A stretch of DNA of 31,427 nucleotides, taken from the IMG/VR virus record IMGVR_UViG_3300021091_000002. One strand, 5' to 3'. Position 1 is the stretch's first letter; each line of letters begins with the position of its first letter. A model generated the notes under the pieces. It saw only the letters and a list, made by a program, of their open reading frames with translations. It was not told the origin of the DNA and made no database searches. The DNA comes from an uncultured virus (IMG/VR IMGVR_UViG_3300021091_000002). Taxonomy: Duplodnaviria; Heunggongvirae; Uroviricota; Caudoviricetes. Shown here piece after piece: positions 25,701 to 31,427 of this stretch. A program made the position numbers and the translations under genes.

Positions 25701-28612
25701 TAAGAAGTATACACATAGCTTCTGCTTTAAAAGACCTGGAAGAAGCTAGAAGATTACGAAGAAGCGCCGAAGAACAAACAAGAAAAGATATAGAAGCAGG
25801 CACGCACACTAAATTAAACGCAGCCGGTGAAGAAGTTGAAGGTATGTCACCTCCTGGTGACCCTCCAGATAGATTTTCCTACGCCATGGACGATAAAGGT
25901 TTAGAAGAATACGAGGCTGAAAAAAGAAGACATAGTGCAAAACGTGGGCAGGTAACACGGGAAATTAAAGACGCAGGTAGAAAAGCCGTTGAACGGCACA
26001 TTCAGAGGATAAGAAACCAGTCAGAGCTTGAGTTCGACGTAAGGACTAGTGATTTTGTCTATGAAGAAATAGATGTAGGCGGAGAAACAGTAAGAAGACC
26101 AAAACTTAAGGAAGATTCGGCAGGAGATAAAGGTACTGCAAGAGTTAGCAACGAAATACGAGCAACCATACTTGAACGTTTACTTGGAACCCCCCCATCT
26201 GCTGAGAAAAGGACAATCAAACGACGTGTGTACGGGGGTAAATACTACACAACCGAAAACCGTGAGGTAAATGGGCGCAAAATATTCCCTGCGGGACTGT
26301 CGTGGGCTGGCGTCGAAGACGTAATTGGTATGGAAGTTGAGGATATTGGAGATGTAGAATACACCCATAACCCCTCAGAGAGAGAAAAAAAGGATTGGGA
26401 AAAATATAACGACTACACTCGTAATAAGGACCTACCAGCAGAAATAGCCATAAATAACATACTTAGTAGTTTTCCAAAGCTTGATGAATCAGGTCAAGTT
26501 GTATATTCTGACGATGAAAAAAAGATACCTGAAAAAATGTTCCCAGAAGCTCCACCTGAGATGGGATCCCTTTTACAGGAGATGGGGCTAACTGATAAAG
26601 CAGAACGAATTGCAAGACTTAGTAGAGGAGACTTCACTCCAGAAGACGCAGCTTATGCCCGCGCTGTTAGACAACGTGGTTACAAAGCTACAGCTTCTGG
26701 TATTACTCCAAGATCCGAATCGCAAGAACGGAGACTTCAAGATGCAAAAGAAGGTAAGACTGATAAAGTAGCTGACGCACTTAACGAAAGGTACAGAGAA
26801 GCGGAACGCCATCAAAAAGAAGCACAAGCACTAGCAAAAGCAAAACTTACCGAACCACTCTCACCTTTGTCCGCACCAGCTGGTGTGTCTGGTTATGCAG
26901 CACTACCATTTTTGCCCCAAAGACGTAAAAAGATAATAAATGATGATGGTAGCATTAGGTACGGCGCAACAACAGGAATTCCCGTAACCGGCAACCAGTT
27001 TGCAGGTGTAGACCCATTACGCAGATATGCAAAAAATAGAATGGGAGATATAGTTACTGAAAATGAAGACAGCCCATTGATAGATCCAATGAACCTTGCC
27101 TTTCAGGAAGAACAACCTGGAACCTATAACTATCCAATTGCGTCTAACGATCTCCAAGATAGGCAACGCAAAGGCCGCAACTGGCTCATTTCTAAACAAA
27201 CGAAGATGGATGACAGTGGCATCGTTAAGTATACAAGCATAAACCCAATTGATAAGGTCGTCCAAGCACCTACCGCTGATAGTAGTACAGCATCTGTTGG
27301 ATCAAGTAGTGGTAGTGTGCCGTCTGTTGGTTCACGTGCGGGTACTGGCGAACATCAACTAACTACATATGACTTCAAAGATATACAAAGCCAGCTTCAG
27401 GAACTAAAAACAACTGGTCGGCAAAAAATAGCTGATCAGCTAGCTGAATCTGCAGCTTTCGGAGACTTGAGAGAAAACGCCGAACACGTAGCTAATCTTG
27501 CTGAGCAAACAAGGCATGAATCCAGAATTAGTGAACTAGAGCACAAACTAGATAACCATACTATTATAGATCCATTTGCTACACCAGGAGTTGGTCCAGG
27601 TAAGCACGTTACATTAGAGCTAAATGGTATAACACAAACGTATGAAATACCTACAGGTGAAAAATCATCCGTTGGAAAACACCCACGATTGTCATCAAAA
27701 TCACCGATAGGTGCAGCCATCGTAGGAAAAGACGTGGGGCACACCTTTGAAGTGACAACGCCAGGTGGACGTGTTTCTGGAACGGTAAAAGGGGTTGAAG
27801 TCGCGCAAAAAGAAACAGTAGCTAAAGGTAACCCCAACACACAGTCGAAAACCGCACCTGAAACACTAGGCGATAAGGCTAAAGATAAAGATGAAAAACC
27901 AAAATGGACACGGAGAGGAACGATGCGTTCTACAGGAAACATGGTGCGATTTGGAAACATGGTTAGAGGTATCCCTCAAAAGGTCAAACCACAACCCCGA
28001 GATACTGCTCCTGTGTCAGATTCTACTAAGTTAGCTTCTATTTTAGAATCTCTTCCAGACTCCTATGCTATTTCAGGACAGGTTAGACAAAATATTGGAA
28101 AAGCCATTGACGCAAACATGCCGATAGGACCAGGATTTGAAACGCCAGACTTTCTAGACAGATTTGTTGAAGATGAGCTAAGGTCTAGACAGCCTGGGCC
28201 ACCTATTGTTGTCAACAACCAACCAATCAGTGGTTCTACGAGGACTAATGTCCGTTCCGGTTCAGTAAGATTCCCCATAAACGTTGGTAGCGAAGGTCCT
28301 GATACTATGACGCCAGGGAGGACAAATAAAGAACTTCCAGTTGGTACTAGTTCTGTTGTTTTGCCGGAAGCAAAGATATCAGAAATTCAGGAATCAACAG
28401 AGTCGGCGCAGGCTAGACGTGCAACTCCTAAGTTTGTGAAAGAAGATGCTATATCACAAGCTGCTAAATATCCAGTTCCGGTAACAAATCCAAACCCAAG
28501 CCGTCCTAAACCACTAACAAAATTTCAAATGGATAAAAAATTATCACCACAATTTGACAATACTCCTAATATTTCTGGAAATACTTCGCAAATAGACCCA
28601 GATAACCAGTAG
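22766..28612 (+). CDS. 1948-aa hydrophilic, cysteine-free protein with embedded GreA/GreB domain (probable virion-internal/multidomain protein)
   Basis: Long uninterrupted ORF with GGAG RBS. Highly charged and Pro-rich, no Cys by manual scan, Gre-like region at aa about 1530-1678. Confidence 0.85.
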   Translation: MAKNPKKKIEGLISKSIEEAREDDARVNSKKDDAPKSDDASTRSRPDKPLLTGSPKKPIPPPPPPKGPKQVTSTELTDEDREIIEETLKLPKEKAPGEVQSPYDQRLAELPPHVRREIMKEDPGRNRARDRARKAAERNTPEDKKRKGHTTGETRKGDIKRARNKKTNEERSRELSEKAKAKALKFSTEAEIADMKYDKAAAYDAELLAPGSPGAPDLPSALQGIPEFLRTYTTGGLPGISYDPKSPYADKHGYVSSRDGKTPTEQDLVAHIIFLGGIPGVDDLDDVELMSNKGPVNIAELYQATGDIDSEGMPEFDLGVMNPVDLTVTDAARQAASKASSAKSEMVQDTERRRAEAEFAESNEAVYGVGPTTARQRLDQDIEVDPDLAQSRLGPDGTPSNRGPIPQATTREQREAARLGYTRRLLTRALNYRDKFRDMEKSDNTFDTFSSTEPQRGSYGRGKEGDRAYQQDLVLYNLSFGKKTQLQESMEREQRNVRIKAAKEHLTAVAENDPTVAYFLKNVGHERVAESLLSPGSYTETFGPDGFTFEGEEQGLTHSEFQDAFGFDKDVRNEFIRQTSTAYPNSGRQTTEVHDPVTGQVISVITRPGLRKDVVEDQLSKFGGSVRSRPADARGGPAYLYRDTAPGPKDYLYSHIFDLQESLPKQPAGTVLPSQKREGDPGSKRITGSGLTRSQLQVVNEFRKQGKLGSIRSNEIFSEGVQDPTLNPLLFKVDPVTKVETAKDAHGKFTRSAAKRVKQRALESGTLAPRALVYETRLSDQTEDVQVPVIENDETGNPTVTGMRTEKRRKTVQSPVMEDYQEVDDKGKLKFQRKQKVDDAGNPVYDENNKPVMKNIPVMGKRQKTAPVGVDASGIRLGVFQRQPKTVTGGKDLETGEPLTETALGVSQQITGYGEVAARAIQQAANRGTLSPELRVQFGLTSTKDAEKLIRTAERLEEKDATDEEYAKALGKSAEAFNLRSIHIASALKDLEEARRLRRSAEEQTRKDIEAGTHTKLNAAGEEVEGMSPPGDPPDRFSYAMDDKGLEEYEAEKRRHSAKRGQVTREIKDAGRKAVERHIQRIRNQSELEFDVRTSDFVYEEIDVGGETVRRPKLKEDSAGDKGTARVSNEIRATILERLLGTPPSAEKRTIKRRVYGGKYYTTENREVNGRKIFPAGLSWAGVEDVIGMEVEDIGDVEYTHNPSEREKKDWEKYNDYTRNKDLPAEIAINNILSSFPKLDESGQVVYSDDEKKIPEKMFPEAPPEMGSLLQEMGLTDKAERIARLSRGDFTPEDAAYARAVRQRGYKATASGITPRSESQERRLQDAKEGKTDKVADALNERYREAERHQKEAQALAKAKLTEPLSPLSAPAGVSGYAALPFLPQRRKKIINDDGSIRYGATTGIPVTGNQFAGVDPLRRYAKNRMGDIVTENEDSPLIDPMNLAFQEEQPGTYNYPIASNDLQDRQRKGRNWLISKQTKMDDSGIVKYTSINPIDKVVQAPTADSSTASVGSSSGSVPSVGSRAGTGEHQLTTYDFKDIQSQLQELKTTGRQKIADQLAESAAFGDLRENAEHVANLAEQTRHESRISELEHKLDNHTIIDPFATPGVGPGKHVTLELNGITQTYEIPTGEKSSVGKHPRLSSKSPIGAAIVGKDVGHTFEVTTPGGRVSGTVKGVEVAQKETVAKGNPNTQSKTAPETLGDKAKDKDEKPKWTRRGTMRSTGNMVRFGNMVRGIPQKVKPQPRDTAPVSDSTKLASILESLPDSYAISGQVRQNIGKAIDANMPIGPGFETPDFLDRFVEDELRSRQPGPPIVVNNQPISGSTRTNVRSGSVRFPINVGSEGPDTMTPGRTNKELPVGTSSVVLPEAKISEIQESTESAQARRATPKFVKEDAISQAAKYPVPVTNPNPSRPKPLTKFQMDKKLSPQFDNTPNISGNTSQIDPDNQ
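27353..27799 (+). other. greA: GreA/GreB transcription elongation factor domain inside the giant protein
   Basis: LT...F..IQ.QL.ELK..GR.KIA..LAESAAFGDLRENAE....AEQ...E.RI.ELE.KL coiled coil, then V..G..VTL...TY.I...LSSKSPIGAAIVGKDVG.TFEV.TPGG C-terminal domain. Confidence 0.93.
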
Positions 28613-28637
28613 TATATGTTTAGAGGTAACACACAGT

Positions 28638-28799
28638 ATGCGTAAGTACAGCAACGATTATTGGCGTAAGCTAGCTAATTTACAAAACATAGACGACGTA
28701 TTTGACGAAGTGTACGAAGAACAAGAAAAGCTAGAGTACAAACAAAAACGTAAGGAAAAAGAGCGACATGTCCTCAAAGAAGACTTCTTCAACTTCTAA
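28638..28799 (+). CDS. 53-aa charged hypothetical protein (not in ORF track)
   Basis: Hand translation MRKYSNDYWRKLANLQNIDDVFDEVYEEQEKLEYKQKRKEKERHVLKEDFFNF*; GAGGT upstream. Confidence 0.55.
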   Translation: MRKYSNDYWRKLANLQNIDDVFDEVYEEQEKLEYKQKRKEKERHVLKEDFFNF

Positions 28800-28908
28800 A
28801 AAGAAGAAAACTGAAAAGAAACAGACTCCTAAACCTAAGCCAATTTCAAACGTTGGTGGTGGACAGGGCGGTATTCTAGGAGCTTTTGGAGGAACCCTTG
28901 GCCGCTAG
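28768..28908 (+). CDS. 46-aa Lys-rich/Gly-rich peptide (not in ORF track)
   Basis: Hand translation MSSKKTSSTSKKKKTEKKQTPKPKPISNVGGGQGGILGAFGGTLGR*; fills the gap and overlaps both neighbours. Confidence 0.5.
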   Translation: MSSKKTSSTSKKKKTEKKQTPKPKPISNVGGGQGGILGAFGGTLGR

Positions 28909-29401
28909 TCCAAATCAGCAGACGTTTACTGACTGGGGTGGAGGATACGATCCTTACGTACCAGAAAGCCAGCCTATGCTTGGCCCAACCCCATCGTTCA
29001 GGAACGCTAAGGACGCACGTTTAGCCGCATGGGGTGGTTACCCCGACACTCAATACCCGGACGGCTACCTGGGTACAATGTCTTCTAACCGTAGACAAGA
29101 CAAGATTGTAAACGCTGTTGCTAGAACCAACACTAGGCCCTATAGCCGAGGAGTTCACAAGGGTGAACGCATAAATACTGGCGATTACCTATGGCCAGAA
29201 GAGTTTAACCTTCAAACTGGCTTACTATATCAATCACAAGGCATGAAGTTTGCACCCCCAGGTGCTGCGCCAGTTCAGTTAACAAACGATGGTAAAGCTG
29301 GTCCAAGGGGTATACCAAGAGGTATAGGTAGACAGCAGCAAGAGGTAATTGACATGCAAAGACGGAGCCTTCTTAAAACGCTAGCTCCGCCGTGGAAATG
29401 A
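28898..29401 (+). CDS. Hypothetical phage protein (YPDGYLGT / RGVHKGERI motifs)
   Basis: TTG 28898 preceded by GGAGG; Gly/Pro-rich. Confidence 0.75.
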   Translation: MAASPNQQTFTDWGGGYDPYVPESQPMLGPTPSFRNAKDARLAAWGGYPDTQYPDGYLGTMSSNRRQDKIVNAVARTNTRPYSRGVHKGERINTGDYLWPEEFNLQTGLLYQSQGMKFAPPGAAPVQLTNDGKAGPRGIPRGIGRQQQEVIDMQRRSLLKTLAPPWK

Positions 29402-29429
29402 TAAACTATAGTTAGTAAAAGGAGGAAAT

Positions 29430-29852
29430 ATGATTGGTGGAACCCGTCCAGGAGGATACGGTGCAGGTCGTGGAGATAACCCCCATGGAGTTGCTTCAGG
29501 CAAACCGCGAGGTAGCTTTGGTACAAGTAACCCAAATGCGCCCGTGGGCAACTATGCACCAAATGTGATGGCATTTTCATCAAAAACTCGTAACGCCCCA
29601 GCTCCGACAAAAGAAGAAATCGCTGAGAATACAGCTCAAGGAAAGATCTCTCCAATTAGCAACAGTAGTCAAGCCGGGTACAGTGTGCCTGCAGGTAACA
29701 TGGGGTCCTTGAAGAGCAACTACAAGAAACTACGCAAGGAAAACCCAGGATTGGGACAAGACTGGGCTAGAAGTACTGCAATTGGTAAAGTTGGTGGCGC
29801 TAACATGGTACAAGATGCCTATGGTAACGCAACTGACGCCAGATACAAGTAG
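29430..29852 (+). CDS. Gly-rich low-complexity hypothetical protein
   Basis: AGGAGG RBS; 140 aa. Confidence 0.8.
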   Translation: MIGGTRPGGYGAGRGDNPHGVASGKPRGSFGTSNPNAPVGNYAPNVMAFSSKTRNAPAPTKEEIAENTAQGKISPISNSSQAGYSVPAGNMGSLKSNYKKLRKENPGLGQDWARSTAIGKVGGANMVQDAYGNATDARYK

Positions 29853-29888
29853 AGCTATATCCAATAACAAACAACACAGGAGAATACA

Positions 29889-30098
29889 ATGAGTGATGTA
29901 ACCACACCAAAAATTCAAGCACCACTAACCCTAGCAGATGCTTTGTATAAAATATATGTTGAGGGTATCAACCCTGGACTGACACTTGAACAAGCTCAAG
30001 AATTACACAAAAGCATTCAAGAACAGTACGAAGATGTTATAGCCAAGTCAAAAGCCCAAAGCACCACTTGGAATGGTGTTAGGGATAACTCAAAATAA
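29889..30098 (+). CDS. Small hypothetical protein
   Basis: AGGAG RBS; 69 aa. Confidence 0.75.
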   Translation: MSDVTTPKIQAPLTLADALYKIYVEGINPGLTLEQAQELHKSIQEQYEDVIAKSKAQSTTWNGVRDNSK

Positions 30099-30360
30099 AA
30101 AACTAGGCCCCAATTGGACGGGACCACGTAAGAAAAGAGCAAAAATGGGAATTAAGACAACATTTCGTGGAGGAATGGGCGGTTATCACGCCCATCATGG
30201 AGAGCTTCAAAAAATGCAAATGAACAGCCGCACCTCCATTGACGAAAACAGCTTGCCTATCTACCGTGAAGACGATGATGGTGCTTACGTAGAAGAAGAC
30301 ACATCTAGAGACCCCTACAAAGAGCTAGGAACCGCAAAGGAGATGGACAGTGGGTATTAA
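30073..30360 (+). CDS. Hypothetical protein (start 30073 or 30145)
   Basis: In-operon ORF; internal MGIKTTFRGG at 30145 resembles the start of the next gene. Confidence 0.65.
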   Translation: MVLGITQNKKLGPNWTGPRKKRAKMGIKTTFRGGMGGYHAHHGELQKMQMNSRTSIDENSLPIYREDDDGAYVEEDTSRDPYKELGTAKEMDSGY

Positions 30361-30790
30361 ATCAACCATTCGTGGTGGCCTTGCAGGTATAAAGAATTAC
30401 TGGGTTGGCCCATCAAGCAACCCAGGACCAGCTATTGACCCAATAATTGCTGACTCTGACAGAGTTGCAAATAAACAAAACAAGCGCGACCTTTACAGGC
30501 AAGCTAAATCCATCCAAGGTATACAAGGTAAAGATGAAGCAAATCCTTATGGGATTCCTCGTCCAACTACTGAGAAACCCAAAAATACTGAGAAACCCAA
30601 AAAGGACATAAGCAAGGGCACAAGCCGACCAAAAAGTATGCAAGGCAAAGAGAATATGAATCTACAGGGCTTTGACGTTCCCTACAGTAAGCCCTACTCT
30701 GAACCGGACCAAGCAGACCCACAAGGTATAAAGCGCCCCAATCTTAAACCCAAAAAGGGTATGAGCCAGTACGACGGTATAGGTCAGTAA
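30350..30790 (+). CDS. Lys/Pro-rich hypothetical protein
   Basis: GTG start overlapping the previous stop; 146 aa. Confidence 0.7.
   Translation: MGIKSTIRGGLAGIKNYWVGPSSNPGPAIDPIIADSDRVANKQNKRDLYRQAKSIQGIQGKDEANPYGIPRPTTEKPKNTEKPKKDISKGTSRPKSMQGKENMNLQGFDVPYSKPYSEPDQADPQGIKRPNLKPKKGMSQYDGIGQ
30568..30603 (+). repeat. 18-bp in-frame tandem duplication
   Basis: TACTGAGAAACCCAAAAA twice, encoding TEKPKN-TEKPKK. Confidence 0.85.
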
Positions 30791-30791
30791 C

Positions 30792-31085
30792 ATGGCAAAA
30801 CCATGGGGCACTCGTCAGGAGTTTCTTGTAGACCAGGCTCTACAAGCAGCTATCAGTGATCCTGAGACGATTAGACAAACACGCCCTGTGGTACCCCAAC
30901 AATTATTCCCACAAACTCGTGGCATGGCAAAGCAAGAACACAATCTAATGTCAGTTTTTTCTATGTCAAGATATGGGGTATCCTACAGGTCATGGGTGTC
31001 GGGTACTCCAGTTATGCCGGCTCTTATGACTGGTGATTTTGAGGGTACTGGAAGGTACTCAATGAACTCTTTGGGGAACGTGTAA
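30792..31085 (+). CDS. Hypothetical protein
   Basis: Starts 1 nt after the previous stop; 97 aa. Confidence 0.7.
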   Translation: MAKPWGTRQEFLVDQALQAAISDPETIRQTRPVVPQQLFPQTRGMAKQEHNLMSVFSMSRYGVSYRSWVSGTPVMPALMTGDFEGTGRYSMNSLGNV

Positions 31086-31086
31086 T

Positions 31087-31427
31087 ATGCCTTTTGACGG
31101 AAACTTTTATACAAATAATCCAGACCTGGCCCCAACTTTTGACTTCTACCAGGAACGTCTTAAACAGCAGGGAACCCTACCAGGTTCCTGGCAACTGCGT
31201 AATGCATACAGCTCAGGAATACCTGCATCCGGTAGTAACCCAAGTTCTCCCGGATTTGCGTCAAGCTACTCACGTGATATAAACACAGGCGGTAAGTCAC
31301 CAGGAACTGCCTATCAAGCTAGGTCAGTTTCAGGAACGATGCGTGCCCCTCAGGGCGGTACTGCCTACGGCCCCGGCTCAGAAGAGCAAACCGTAAAGAA
31401 CTTTTTTGGTAAAATGGGTAAATTAAA
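31087..31427 (+). CDS. 3'-truncated Gly/Ser/Pro-rich hypothetical protein (not in ORF track)
   Basis: ATG 31087, 1 nt after the previous stop. MPFDGNFYTNNPDLAPTFDFYQERL... stays open to the window end. Confidence 0.75.
   Translation, partial: MPFDGNFYTNNPDLAPTFDFYQERLKQQGTLPGSWQLRNAYSSGIPASGSNPSSPGFASSYSRDINTGGKSPGTAYQARSVSGTMRAPQGGTAYGPGSEEQTVKNFFGKMGKL

Noticed and set aside
27436..27960. 174-aa minus-strand ORF over the Gre domain, and other minus-strand ORFs within long genes
   Set aside because: No RBS or recognisable motif; they mirror well-supported plus-strand CDSs.
27935..27970. Short tandem GGAAACATGGT repeat (GNMVRF-GNMVRG)
   Set aside because: Single imperfect 18-bp in-frame duplication in a low-complexity region; probably slippage.
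22766..28612. Giant protein as tape measure or virion RNA polymerase
   Set aside because: It lies outside the tail module, lacks tape-measure-like hydrophobic/Ala-rich repeats, and I saw no DxDGD or T7-type polymerase motifs. A very divergent enzyme domain cannot be excluded without a structure search.
31094..31282. 62-aa ORF from the track
   Set aside because: The overlapping frame starting at ATG 31087 is coupled to the previous stop and open to the window end.

Overview
This 31.4 kb window is a fragment of a tailed dsDNA phage genome with a contractile-tail (myovirus-type) baseplate. The host is plausibly actinobacterial, but that is inference from gene style only. There are four blocks. 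(1) 1-6781 (+): baseplate module (LysM/gpX-like, hub, minimal spike, gp25, gpJ, gpI-like), a holin-like protein and one hypothetical, closed by a bidirectional intrinsic terminator. (2) 6863-8149 (-): a convergent cassette of Dps followed by four small, very basic proteins. The last is a 44-aa CxxCGC peptide missing from the ORF track. (3) 8238-22700 (+): replication/recombination operon. It starts with an HTH initiator-like gene containing four phased palindromic iterons and an AT-rich tract (probable origin). It continues with a DnaC-like loader, DnaB, primase, SNF2 helicase, SSB, Pol A, RecA, two resolvase-like nucleases, a Cas4-like nuclease and SpoVS. (4) 22766-31427 (+): a 1948-aa cysteine-free protein with a complete GreA/GreB domain (acidic GDLRENAE finger intact), followed by small low-complexity, also cysteine-free ORFs. 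No tRNA, rRNA, CRISPR array, integrase or transposase was seen. All family calls come from motif recognition by eye, not from database searches.
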